This document shows positions 37,178 through 50,139 of a DNA stretch of 64,000 bases, one piece after another. The position numbers were made by a program, and so were the translations under genes. The DNA lies in the NCBI RefSeq assembly GCF_963921235.1, contig NC_086107.1, positions 103,976,001-104,040,000 of the forward strand, read 5' to 3'. A model generated the notes under the pieces. That model made no database searches. It was not told where the DNA came from and saw only the letters and a program-made list of their open reading frames with translations. This stretch comes from Mobula hypostoma (Eukaryota). The first letter of the stretch is position 1. Every line of letters begins with the position of its first letter.

Positions 37178-38075
37178 CAGTTGCAAGAAAAGGTTTGGGA
37201 ACCCTTTGCAATTACCTGGTTTTCTGCTTTAATTACTCAAAATGTGGTCTGATCTCCATCTTAGTCACAATAATAGACGAGCACAATCTACCTAAGCTAA
37301 TAACACACAAACAATTGTAATTTTCATGTCATTGAACATTTTGTTTAATCATTCACGGTTCAGGCTGGAAAAAGTATGTGAACCCTTGTATTTAATAACT
37401 GGTAGAACCTCCCTTAGCGGCAATGACCACCACCAAACATTTCCTGGAGCTGCTGATCAGACTTGCACAGTGGCAAGGAGGGATTTTAGACCATTCCTCC
37501 ATAAAAAACCGTTTCAGTTCATCAATATTTCTGGGATACCTTGCACAAACAGCCGCCTTCAGGTCATGCCACAGCATTTCAATTGGATTAGGGTCTGGAC
37601 TCTGACCTGGCCATTCCAAAACACAAAGTTTCTTCTTTTTAAACCATTTTGTCATTGATTTACTCTTTGTGTTTTGGATCACTGTCTTGTTGCATCATCC
37701 AATTTCTATTAATTTTGTTCAGTGTTTTTCTTTATAGTGGAGACATGAACGGAGACTTTAGCAAGTTTGAGAGATCTCTGCAGATCTTTTGCCATTACCT
37801 TGGGTTCTTTTTCACCTTCTTCAGCATTGCATGTTAAGCTCTTGGTGTGATGTTTGCAGGATGCCCACTCCTAGGGAGAGTAGCAACAGTACTGAATTTC
37901 CTCCATTTCTAGACAATTTCTCTTACCGAGGACTGATGAACACTCAGGTCATTAGAAATGCTTTTGTGGCCTTTTCTAGCTTCATGCATCTCTACAATTC
38001 TGAGGTCCTCTGAAAGTGGTTTTGATTGAGGCTTAGTGCACATAAACAGATCTTTCTTGAGAAGAGCAGGCTCTT
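37178..38075 (-). mobile_element. Tc1-like transposon, truncated
   Basis: TA-CAGTTG terminus; internal direct repeat AAAAGTATGTGAACCC; WPGQSPDPNPIEMLW motif. Confidence 0.85.
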
Positions 38076-38079
38076 ATAG

Positions 38080-38693
38080 CAAACACAAGGAAATCTGCAG
38101 ATGCTGGAAATTCAAGCAACACACACAAAATGCTGGTGGAACGCAGCAGTCCAGGCAGCATCTATAGGAAGTACAGTCAATGTTTCGGGTCGAGACCCTT
38201 CGTCAGGACTAACAGAAAAAAAGAGATAGTAAGAGATTTGAGAGGGGGAGGGGGAGACCCGAAATGATAGGAGAAGATGGGAGGGGGAGGCTCTCATAGC
38301 CAAGAGCTGGGAAGTTGATTGGCAAAAGGGATACAAGGCTGGAGAAGGGGGAGTATCATAGGATGGAAGGCCTTAGAAGAAGGGAGGAGGGGAGCACCAG
38401 AGGAAGATGGAGAAATGGCAAGGAGTTATTGTGAGAGGGAAAGAGAGGGGGGAAAAAAGTAAATAAATTAGGGATGGGGTAAGAAGGGGAGGAGAGGCAT
38501 TAACAGAAAGTAGAGAAATCAATGTTCATGCCATCAGGTTGGAGGCTGCCCAGACGGATTATAAGGTGTTGTTCCTCCAACCTGAGTGTGGCTTCATCTC
38601 GACAGTAGAGGAGACCATGGATTGACATACCGGAATGGGAATGGGACATGGAATTAAAATGTGTGGCCACTGGGAGATCCTGCTTTCTCTGGC
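38080..38693 (-). mobile_element. Penelope-like element 3' end (GIY-YIG C-terminus plus terminal repeat)
   Basis: PVATHFNS...LEEQHLIIRLGSLQPDGMNIDF. Confidence 0.85.
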
Positions 38694-39260
38694 GGATTAA
38701 TGCCATCCACAAACCCATAAAGAAGCTCAAATCACAGCTTAGGCGCATCAAAGGTGACCTGGTATTCAGGATGGCTGGCACTTACAGGATTTCCTGTGAA
38801 CGTGGAGCAGCGTATATCGGCCAGGCGGGGCACATGGTGGAAACCCGCATCGAGGAGCACAGCAGGTGCATCTGTTTGGGTTAGCTGGTGAAATTGGCGG
38901 TAGCAGGACATTGCGCTACAATGGCCACAGGATTGACTTCAGCACAAAACTACAGTGCTGGGCCAATGGCTTTTGGGACTGCCTGGTGAAGAAAGCCATT
39001 GAAATAAGAATAAGAATTTTAACAAAGACGAAGGTCTTGCTGTAAGTAAGAACTGGAATTCAATTGTAAACAAAGTGGGGCAGTGGAAACCTGATTGGTT
39101 AGTCCTCAACCAATCAGGAAGGATAGACAACAGGGGTATATATACCATGAGACTAGACATGCCAAGGCATCATCCCTGATGAAAATGGTGGACTTTGTCA
39201 TTGAAACATCAGTTAAAATTGATCTGTACCTGGCTAGAAGCCTGAGAAGAGTTTATTTGT
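38694..39260 (+). mobile_element. Second Penelope-like family, GIY-YIG fragment plus terminal repeat
   Basis: GTYRISC..GAAYIGQAG...RIEEH motif; its terminus is an inverted match to 37090-37177. Confidence 0.8.
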
Positions 39261-40157
39261 TAGACACGCTGAGAAAGCACTAAATCCTTTTTTTGTCTTC
39301 ACCACATAAAGTGCCTATAAAAAGCATTCACCACCCCACGGAAATTTACATGTTTTATTGTTTTACAACACAGTGAATTTAGTTTGGCTTTTTTTTTGGC
39401 ACTGATCGACAGAAAAAGACTTTTGTGTCAAAGTGAAAACAGATCTTTACAAAGTGATCCACATTAATTGATTGCATAAGTATTCACCCCCTTTAATATG
39501 ACACACCAAATCATCACTGGTGCAGCCAATTGGCTTTAGAAGTCATAATTAGTTAAATTGAGATCGCCTGTGTGCAGTCAAGGTGTTTCAATTGATTGTA
39601 GTAAAAATACACCTGTGTCTGGAAGGTCCAACTGCTAGTGAAGCTGTATTCTGGCAAAAGCTACACCAGGGAGACAAAAGAACCCTCCAAGCAATTCTAT
39701 GAAAATGTTATTGAAAAGCACAAGTCAGGAGTTGGAGACAAGAAAATTTCTAGGTCATTGAATATCCCTTGGAGTACAGTTAAGACAATCATCAAGAAAT
39801 GGAAAGAATATAGTAGATCTGCCTAGAGCAGGCCGTCCTCATAAAACTGAGTGACCGTGCAAGAAGGGGACAAGTGAGGGAGGCCACCAAGAGACCTGTG
39901 ACAACTCTGGGGGAGTTACAAGCCTCAGTGGCTGAGATGGGAGAGACTGGGCATCCAACAACTGTTGCCCGGGGGCTTCACCAGTCGCAGCTTTATGAGA
40001 GCAAGGCAAAGAGAAAGCCACTGTTGGGGAAAAAAACTCTCATGAAATCTCAGCTAGAGCTCACCAGAAGGCATGTGGGAGACACTGGAGTCAGCTGGAA
40101 GAGGGTTCTATGGTCTGATGAAACCAAAATTGAGCTTTTTGGCCATCAGACTAAACA

Positions 40158-41942
40158 TTTTAGTTCAGTCTCTCCCCACCTACATCCGTGATACATCCCA
40201 TGCCCTCCACCTCTTCAATAACTTCCAATTCCCCAGTCCCAACCGCTTCATTTTTACTATGGATGTCCAATCCTTATATACTTCCATTCCCCATCAAGAA
40301 GGCCTCAAGGCCCTCCGCTACTTCCTGGATAATAGACCTCACCAGTTCCCCACCACCACTACCCTCTTCCGGTTGGCAGAACTGGTTCTCACACTTAATA
40401 ACTTCTCTTTTGACTCTTCCCATTTTCTTCAGACTAAGGGTGTAGCTATGGGAACTCGCAAGGGACCCAGCTACGCCTGCCTCTTCGTTGGTTATGTGGA
40501 ACAGTCTATGCTCCAAACCTATACTGGTACTGCTCCCCAACTTTTCCTTCGGTACATTGACGACTACATTGGTGCTGCTTCCTGCACCCATGCTGAGCTC
40601 GTCAATTTCATTGACTTTACTTCAAACTTCCACCCAGCACTCAGATTCACTTGGTCTATCTCGGACACTTCTCTCCCCTTTCTCGATGTCTCAGTCTCCA
40701 TCTCTGGAGACAGACTGTTCACTGACATCTTCTACAAGCCCACTGACTCTCATAACTACCTCGACTATACCTCTTCCCACCCCGCCACATGCAAAAATGC
40801 CATTCCCTATTTTCAGTTCCTCCGTCTCTGCCGCATCTGCTCCCAGGATGAGGCTTTCCGTTCCAGGACATCTCAAATGTCCTCTTTCTTTAAGGGTCAT
40901 GGTTTCCCTTCTGCCATCATCAATGATGCCCTCACTCGCATCTCCTCCATTTCCCGCATTTCGGCCCTCACCCCATCTTCCTGCCACCACAACAGGGACA
41001 GAGTTCCCCTTGTCCTCACCTACCACCCCACCAGCCTCCGGATCCAGCACGTTATCCTCCGCAACTTCCGCCACCTTCAACAGGACCCCATCTTTCCCTC
41101 TCCACCCCTCTCTGCCTTCCGCAGGGATCAATCCCTCCGCGACTCCCTGGTCCACACGTCCCTCCCCACGGATCTCCCACGTGGCACTTATCCCTGTAAG
41201 CGCAAGTGCTACACCTGTCCCTACACCTCCTCTCTTGCAACCATTCAGGGCCCCAAACAGTCCTTCCAGGTGAGGCAACACTTCACTTGTGAGTCTGTTG
41301 GGGTCACCTATTGCATCTGGTGATCCCGGTGCGGCCTCCTCTACATCGGTGAAACCCGACGCAGATTGGGGGACCGCTTCGTCGAGCACCTCCGCTCTGT
41401 CTACCACAACAGACAGGATCTCCCGGTAGCCACCCACTTCAACTCTGCTTCCCATTCCCATTCAGATATGTCCATACATGGCCTCCTCTACTGCCATGAT
41501 GAGGCTAAACTCAGGTTGGAGGAGCAACACCTCATATACCGTCTAGGTAGTCTCCAGCCCCTTGGTATGAACATTGAATTCTCCAACTTCCGGTAATTCC
41601 CTCCCCCTCCCTTCCTCTGTCCCTATTTCACTCTGCCCCCTCCCCCAGCTGCCTATCACCTCCCTCATGGTTCCGCCTCCTTCTGCTACCCATTGTTTTC
41701 CTGTCTATGACGTCGATGCTTCCCCTCCCCCACCCCTTTGTCTTTCAAATTACTGGTCTTTCAACTGAAGCTACAAGTATTCTTCAAATCCTTCCCCCTC
41801 CTTCATTCTTCAGTCCTGACGAAGGGTTCCGGCCGGAAACGTCGACTCATCGTTTCCACTGATGCTGCCCGACCTGCTAAGTTTCTCCAGTGTACTGAAA
41901 GTGTTGCTTTGATCACAGCATCTGCAGATTATTTTCTGTTTA
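40158..41942 (+). mobile_element. Penelope-like retroelement, 5'-truncated (RT plus GIY-YIG)
   Basis: MDVQSLYTSI, GVAMG and YIDD motifs; one stop at 41321-41323, then YIGET...; 10-bp TSD AGACTAAACA at 40148-40157 and 41943-41952. Confidence 0.92.
41812..41847 (+). ncRNA. Minimal type I hammerhead ribozyme motif (Penelope terminus)
   Basis: AGTC-CTGACGA-stem II-GAAA-CGTC-GACT. Confidence 0.7.
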
Positions 41943-42701
41943 AGACTAAACACTTTGTTTGCTGTAAGCTAAAAACACCACACATCATCAAAAACACACC
42001 ATCCCTACCATGAAGTATAGTGGTGGCTGCATCATGCTGTGGGGATGCTTCACTGCAGCAGGCCCTGAAAGGCTTGTGAGGGTAGAGGGTAAAATGAATG
42101 CAGCAAAATACAAAGAAATCCTGGAGGAAAACCTGATGCAGTCTGCAAGAGAATTGCGACTTAGGAGAAAATTTGTTTTCCAGCAAGACAATGACCCCAA
42201 GCATAAAGCCAAAGCTACACAGGAATGCTGTAAAAACAACAAAGTTAATATTCTGGAGTGGCCAAGTCAGAGTCCAGACCTCAATCCAATTGAGAATTTG
42301 TGGCTGGACTTGAAAGAGCTGTTCACTCACGATCCCCGTGCAATCTGACAGAGCTTGAGCAGTTTTGTAAAGAAGAATGGGGAAAAATTGTAGTGTCCAG
42401 ATGTGCACAGCTGATAGAGACCCATCCACACAGACTCAAGGCTGTAACTGCTGCCAAAGGTGCCTCTAATAAATACTGACTTGAAGGGAGTGAGTAATTA
42501 TGCAATCAATTATTTTGTGTTTTATATTTGTAATAAATTTAGCCCTATTTGTAGAAATTTGTTTTTACTTTGACACAAAAGTATTTTCTGTTGATCAGTG
42601 TCAAAAAAGCCAAATTAAATCCACTGTGATTCAATGGTTATTACAGTAAAACTGAAAACTTCCGGGGGGGTGGGGGGGTGGAATATTTTTTACGGGCACT
42701 G

Positions 42702-43510
42702 TATTTCTCTCTGCTGCCCCCTACAGTCAATACTGGTAAGTACCAGACAATTGAACCGATTTAAATTACTATCTCAGAGGCAAAACTCTGTATTGATTAT
42801 AGCCGCATGAATGTGAATGCTTACCCCTCCGTTCTTGCCCTACCCCTGAACCCACTAACCTCTTAACTGCCCATGACTTTCACTCCTGAGCAGCCACAAC
42901 ACACAGTGCCAATGGTCATAGCTCCAACTGCATGACCGCAGATCCAGAGCTGGATACCAGTTAGCAATTCACAGTCAGGGGACTCTTGTACTCTGGGCGT
43001 GGCTCTCCCTTGTGGTCCCAGCTTTTGCTCTACCAATAGATGCTGCTCCCTGCACCGTCTCAGATAGGCGAAGAATGTAAATTTCCAAGTGAGGAAACAG
43101 TTACACTCAGCAGGATCAATGATTAACTCACTATTGGAAGTTCTTTCGATATCACTTTTTTACTTTGTCAAGTTATTATTTGATTTTCTATTTAAAATTT
43201 TTTTTTGTAAATCAGCTATTTAATTGATGTGAGGTATTAACTTAAAAGTATGGACAGTTTTCCCGATTATCTTCATTTAATCCCCTGCTTACACCAAGAC
43301 AGCAGTTATGCTCACGAGCCAATCAGCTTCTTGCACAGCTCTGATGTCATTGTGATTTTTTAAATTGCTTTAAGTTTTGGAATGTCAGTCTGTTCCTTCT
43401 GATCCATAGAGAGGGGCCATTGAGTGTGGATCTCCATCTGTCTTCTGGTAAGAGAAAATCCTTGAATGTCCCTACTGTTTGTACGTGACTTTGTGTGATT
43501 TCCTGTATAA
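42702..43510 (+). repeat. Local duplicated unit, copy C
   Basis: Aligns to 35210-36050; the last ~220 bp are highly similar. Confidence 0.85.
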
Positions 43511-43574
43511 ACACTTAAACTTAGGCAACCACTGAGGTAAATGTCCTTGACTGTAGGTAGTAACTCTCAATCAG

Positions 43575-44031
43575 TATAACCATATAGCAATTACAGCACA
43601 GAAACAGGCCATCTCGGCCCTTCTAGTCCGTGCCGAACTCTTACTCTCACCTAGTCCCACCGACCTGCACTCAGCCCATAACCCTCCATTCCTTTCCTGT
43701 CCATATATCTATCCAATTTAACTTTAAACGACAACATCGAACCTGCCTCAACCACTTCTGCTGGAAGCTCGTTCCACACAGCCACCACTCTCTGAGTAAA
43801 GAAGTTCCCCCTCATGTTACCCCTAAACTTTTGCCCTTTAACTCTCAACTCATGTCCTCTTGTTTGAATCTCCCCCACTCTCAGTGGAAAAAGCCTATCC
43901 ACGTCAACTCTATCTATCCCCCTCATAATTTTAAATACCTCTATCAAGTCCCCCCTCAACCTTCTACGCTCCAAAGAATAAAGGCCCAACTTGTTCAACC
44001 TTTCTCTGTAACCTAGGTGACAAAACCCAGG
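43575..44031 (-). mobile_element. CR1 3' end, same young family as the CDA intron 2 copy
   Basis: Nearly identical to the reverse complement of about 61340-61790. Confidence 0.88.
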
Positions 44032-44043
44032 TAATATAGTGCA

Positions 44044-44493
44044 GACAACAGGAATTCTGCAGATGCTGGAAATTCAAGCAACACACATCAAAGTTGCTGG
44101 TGAACGCAGCAGGCCAAGCAGCATCTATAGGAAGAGGCGCAGTCGACGTTTCAGGCCGAGACCCTTCGTCAGGACTAACTGAAGGAAGAGTGAGTAAGGG
44201 ATTTGAAAGTTGGAGGGGGAGGGGGAGATGCAAAATGATAGGAGAAGACAGGAGGGGGAGGGATAGAGCCGAGAGCTGGACAGGTGATAGGCAAAAGGGG
44301 ATACGAGAGGATCATGGGACAGGAGGTCCGGGAAGAAAGACGGGGTGGGGGGTGACCCAGAGGATGGGCAAGAGGTATATTCAGAGGGACAGAGGGAGAA
44401 AAAGGAGAGTGAGAGAAAGAATGTGTGCATAAAAAAGAGTAACAGATGGGGTACGAGGGGGAGGTGGGGCCTAGCGGAAGTTAGAGAAGTCAA
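44044..44493 (-). mobile_element. Solo Penelope 3' terminal region
   Basis: 12-bp TSD TAATATAGTGCA at 44032-44043 and 44494-44505; contains a hammerhead motif. Confidence 0.85.
44141..44176 (-). ncRNA. Minimal type I hammerhead ribozyme motif (best-preserved copy)
   Basis: Reverse strand reads AGTC CTGACGA AGGGTCTCGGCCT GAAA CGTC GACT. Confidence 0.75.
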
Positions 44494-44604
44494 TAATATA
44501 GTGCAATGTATCAAGTCATACCATGCTGTAAAATAGTTCTTAAAGACACGCAGCACCTGTAGATAGACAACACTGGTATCTTTTAAGTAAAGGAAACCAA
44601 GTGA

Positions 44605-45340
44605 ACGATCACCCTTCAGAAAGGGTAAGATGATGGAACACACACCAGTCCTCACAGAGGGCTCAGATGTAGAAAGAGTGAGCATTTTCAGCTTCCTTGG
44701 TGTCAATATCCCTGAGGATCTAACCTGGACCCAACATATCGATGCGGCTACAAAGAGCGCTCAACAGGGGCTATTTTTCATTGGGAGTTTGAGAAGATTT
44801 GGTATGTTTCCAGACACCCAAATTTCTGCAGATGTACTGTGGAGAGCACTCTAGCTAGCTGTCTCACCGTCTGGTGTGGGTGGGGGGGGGGCGGGGTGCT
44901 ACTGCACAGGATTGAGGTAAGCCGCAGAGAGTTGTGAACTCAGTCAGCTCCATCACGGGCACCAGCCTCCGTAGTATCCAGGACATCTTCAAGGAGAGAT
45001 GCCTCAAAAAGGTGGCGTCCATCATTAAGCACCCCCATCACCCAGGACATGCCCTCTTCTCATTGCTCCCATCAGAAAGGAGGTACAGGAGTCTGAAGGC
45101 ACACACTCAGTGATTCAGGAACAGCTTCTTCCCCTCTGCCATCTGATTTCTGAATGGACATTGATCCCATGAACACTACCTCACTACTTTTTTAATTTCT
45201 ATTTTTACACTATTTATTTAATTTAACTATTATATACAAAATACACTTACTGTACCTCAGTTTTTATTATCTATGATGTATTGCATTGTACTGCTGCTGA
45301 TTTCATGACATACTTTGGTGATATTAAATCTGATCTGATT
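44605..45340 (+). mobile_element. Rex1/Babar-like LINE 3' fragment
   Basis: VERVSIFSFLGVNIPEDLTW; same family as 13065-14135. Confidence 0.7.
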
Positions 45341-47099
45341 CTCTATGTAATAGTACAAGATTTAAACATTTATATAAAAATATCATTCAGCCACAATGAA
45401 TTTACTTGGTTTCTTTGTCACTGAAATTTTCACTGCTAGCAATATATATGTTTGAAATGTCTCTTGCAGGCCCTGGTAATTCCAGCGTCACACCTTGATT
45501 GCATCTGCTCTCACATCTTGCTCTGTTAATATAACCGTCATTATTTCTCTGAATGCCCCAGATTACTTAATCAGGTTTACCATCTTCTTGCTGTCGATTG
45601 TACCCTCTTGTCGACAGCCACAGTGGTTACATTTGTATTTCAGTATGCCACCAGGGTGGTAATGCGATTACTTGAGTTGGGTATAATGTTGTCCTCCCCT
45701 TAATGACATTGAACAATGCGGGGGTCGAGACGCACAGGTCCTTGACAGATCGGGGTCAGGGTCCAGTAGCCTGGAAAGCAAGACTGCTGCAGCCTTCCTC
45801 CACCTTTTCTGCTGTTGTGATGTGTCTTCACCTTCCACCAGATCCACCACTAGGTCTTGGTTGGATCACTCTTTGTCTGGAACGTCCCCCTTTGACCTTT
45901 CCACCATGGGTGACCCTACCAGGAGCTGATCTGCAGGCAGCCTTGGTCACAGAATCTCAGGAACTTACAAGCCTCTCCACTAATCCTTGGAGAAGTACCA
46001 GAGACCATGAAATCAACTATAACAGAGTCAGGAGTCCTATCCTGATTCATTGTGGGTATCAAACATTTGCCCTTCCCTGCCCTCACCTTCAAAGCCACAA
46101 AGTCATCTCCGACTTTCCTTGGGATCATCTCAAGGACTTTCAATTCTGGCACGATGGTGATCAGTCTGGTCTGCTTGTGTTGGCCACTCTATTGGGTTGA
46201 CCTTCATGCTCAGTGTAACATTGGGACACCTGTCCTCTCTCAACAATATCCATCCATCCATTGCCCACTTGCCACTGTTTCCCAACTCCAACCCCGCCTC
46301 ACTACTCATCCTTTTCTCACCACTACCATCGGACAGGAGACACTGGAGCTTTCGGTCTCACACCAACAGGTTCAGGAACAGTTATTACCATACAATCATC
46401 CTGTCCTGGCTAACTTCAATCACTGATCTTCTGCCCTACAGATTCATTTTCAAGAATTCTTTACAACCCGCATTCCAATATTCTTTTATGTGCACAGTTT
46501 GATTCTTCTGCACATTGGGGTTTGTTTATGTATAGTTTTTCATAAATTCTATTGTATATATTTTCTTTTCCTGTGTGTCTCAAGGAACCGTTATACACAC
46601 CTTGAAAATAAATTTACTTTGAACTCTAAGATCCTTTGCCCCTCCTCAGTCCACCAATCACCCGCTGTCTCACCACTCCCCCTCTCCTGTTGATACTGAC
46701 CATTCCCCCCACCCCCCCCCCGCATCCTGATGCCAGGTGCTGATCCAAAATACTGACAATTCCTTTCTCCCCCCGGGTGCTTCTCGACCTGCAAGTTGTC
46801 CGTTGGTCCAGATTGCAGAGTCTGTCATGTCTCCATCCCAGTCTGTGCGAGGTTCAATCCGTTCACAGGAGAAAATTTGCAGATGCTGGAAATCCAAAGC
46901 AACACACGCACAAAATGCTGGAGGAACTCAGCAGGTCAGGCAGCGTCTATGGAGATGAACAAACAGTCAACATTTCGGGCCGAGACCCTTCCTCAGGATG
47001 GGGGAAGATGCCAGAATAAAAAGGTGGGGGGAGGGAAAGGAAGCATTTGATCAGAGGTGCAGGAGGAGAGCAAACACAGGACCGCTTTGAGTCAGTTGG

Positions 47100-47520
47100 C
47101 TGGACCATAAGATATAGGAACAGAATTAGGCCGCTCAGCCCCTCAAGTCTGCTCCACCATTTCATCAAGGTTGATCCATTTCCCTCTCAGCCCCAACTTC
47201 CCGCCTTCTCCCCGTATCCCTTCGTGCCCTGACTAACCCAGAATCTATCAACCTCTGCCTTAATTATTCCCAATGACTTGGCCTCCACTGCCACTTGGGG
47301 CAATGGATTCCACAGAATCACCACTCTATGGCTGAAGAAATTCCTGCTCATCTCTGCTCTAAATGGATGTCCGTCTATTCCAAGGGTGTATCCCCTGGTC
47401 GTAGACTCCCCCACCATAGGAAACATCCTCTCCACCTCCACTCTGTCGAGACCTTTCAACATTCTATAGGTTTCAATGAGATCCCCCACCCACTCTCATT
47501 CTTCTGAATTCCAGTGAGGA
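47100..47520 (-). mobile_element. CR1 3' fragment (related copy at about 51505-52060, minus strand)
   Basis: GDLIETY...RNFFSHRVV motif. Confidence 0.8.
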
Positions 47521-50139
47521 ATTCTTCAACAGGTATGGACAATTACACCACAAACTTCACTGACTTTGTCAAGACCTGCACAGGTGTCTTAATAAAAATA
47601 TACTGGGTCGTCCCAGAGCAGAAAGCCGTGGATGAACTGGGAGATTCGTAGTCTGCTGAGTTCAGAACTGATCATTCAGAGACCTACAAGAAATCCAGGC
47701 ATGACCTTCAGAAGATTGTTGCGGGGCGAAGAGGAAACTCCGGAGAAAACCAGGGCCACAGACGGGTGCTGGACAACAGTGGCAAGGCTGAAACAGCCTC
47801 AGTTCCTGCAAGGCAAAGATGAACTTGAAGTCTTACGCACGTGTTGAGGGAGAACGCTGCCGCACTTCACGGTACTTGGTAACCCTGCATTCTCTGTCTT
47901 GGAGGCCAACGTCAGCACTTTCTCCTAGCCCTTGCAAGGCGTGTACCTAGTCAAGTGCTAAAAACCTGCTTTGACCAGCTGGCTGGAGGATATAAGAAAT
48001 TATATAAAGAAAAGAATACAGAAAGAAAGAAAAAAGGTAGTAAAAGTGACAAAATAACAAGTCACTAAGCCATTCCTCACAACATACTGAAAGAGTGAAC
48101 CACAGGTATCCTACAGTTTTTCCAGTCTCTCTCTCTCCCTCTGTCTCAATATCCTTGTCTCCAACTCTTAGCACCAGTTGTGACCCAGCCTGGGAGAAGA
48201 TTCCCACTCGTCGCTGAACTGAGGCTGCGGTCTGCTCCTGCTGCAGTGATGCCTGGCTTCGCGTCTTTAATAAAACTTCAATTCTGAATGCTGTTTGCAT
48301 ATTTTTTTTCTCTCTCCGCTCATTTTGTTTGATCTTTTTTTAACGGGGTTGCTTTGTTTCGCGGCTGTCCTTAAGGCAACGAATCTGAAGGTTGTGTAAT
48401 GTATACATACTTTGATAATAAAGGTACTTTGAACTCCATCTCCCATTAATCCAGCCAAATTTCCAGTGGATGCATTTCTTCTATCCTTTGATAACCACCT
48501 GTGCTGTATCCTTCAATAGCTCCTCCAATTCTGTGGTGTCTGCAAACTCACTCATTACACCACGTACATTTTCACGGAGATCAGTTGTCGCCGTCAGCAG
48601 ATGTCCCAGGACTGCTCCATTGGTCACAGCCCTCCTCCGCTGAGGGGTGACGTTATTGAAACTTAAGATCCTAAATGTAAGGACGTCGAGATACTCCATT
48701 TAGTAAGGGATTCTTGAACGAGGGGTCACAATTACATGATAAGTGGATCGAGGTTTAAAATTGGGGTACGTGGAACTTCATGCAGAAGGTGTAACCTTGG
48801 AATTTCTACCTTGGTGGGTTGTGGAGGCTAGATGACAGGAGGTATTTAAAAATGAAGAAACTGGGGTTCTTGGGAAGAGTATAGAGGAAGAATGGAGGTG
48901 TGTGGCAGATTGGCCATTATATTATTGAATGCCAGGGCAGGTCTGAGGGGCTGAGTGGCCTACTTCCTTACACACCTTGTACTAAAGATCTGATTTGGAG
49001 GATTATTTATAGCAGAGGTGGAAAACTCAGTCTGACTAATAGATCAATCCACCTCAATCAACCCAATTTCACTGCTCCAAAATCTAAGCAACTCAGGAGA
49101 AACCATTGAACCACTTTATAATCTCTTGGGTGCATTTATTTTTAAGGTCTGAAAACTCTGGGCACGAGGCCGATCTGACCACCAACCATGGGCCTCCCAG
49201 TCAGGAAATGGTCACTCCGTCAAGGTTGGCAGGGAAGGCGGAACTTGTCAAAGACTGACAGGTTGCACGGCCAGTGGCACGGGACTGGGCAGGCACAGCT
49301 GATGGGCATGTGATCAGACTTCCAGGAACGACGTTCAGAGTCCATGGCACCAACTCAGGCTTGGTGAAAGGGACTTTGCCCACCAGTTAAATATTGTTTT
49401 AGGTCCCAGGAGGGCAACTTTCAGATAATCAGAAAAAGCAAAAGATCAACAAAGCCCCGGTTCTACGACCTCATGGTTTCCACAAAAGAAAACTCAATAA
49501 GTGTTGGAAAGAGTCAACAGTTTAGTAGGCGTCTACAATATTTCCCTCTTTTTTTAAAGAATTAAAAATTCTCTTTTACGTTTACGTTTCACTCGTACAA
49601 ATTAATTTTTGGCATGTCTCCCTCAATCAATGTTCAGCTCATCAGCCAGCTATTGTAGTGTTTACCAGTCTAACAAAATGTCCTCATTAAATCGATTTAG
49701 ATTGCAGAGATCTTTCAGCTCTCAGCTTGCGCCTCACTGCCTCGGCTCCTGCTTCCACTCCACTCCCCTCATCCCTCCTACACCAACTGAACCTTGCCCC
49801 ACTCAGGGATTGAGGTGAAGTTTAAAACCCAGAAGCTCGGTCTTGTGTCTGCTAATCACCCTCCCTGGGAGTTTACCAATAGGGCGCACGATTGACTTGA
49901 TGGGAGAAAGCGGGGGGGGGAGGGTGATGGAAGTTTTTTCTCGGAGTGAAGGGCTGTGGTTAGTGGTATGCCTCTGGGGTCGGTGCTGAACCTACGCTTT
50001 GTCACCTACATCAATGTTTGAATATGGATGTGATTAGTTTGCACTAAAATAGGTGATAGGGTGAGCAATGAGAAGGGAATCAAAGTTCAAAGCATATTTA
50101 TTATCAAAGGTTGTGTGTCACAGGCAGCCTCATAACAGA

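Larger units (their letters stand above)
39309..42701 (+). mobile_element. Full-length decayed Tc1-like transposon interrupted by a Penelope element
   Basis: TA-(A)AGTGCC...GGCACTG-TA termini; WSDETKIELFG, FQQDNDPKH and WPSQSPDLNPIENLW (DD34E) motifs. Confidence 0.92.

Noticed and set aside
40073..41323. Tc1-Penelope fusion protein
   Set aside because: The first ~28 codons are out-of-frame Tc1 sequence upstream of the insertion junction; this is a chance read-through.
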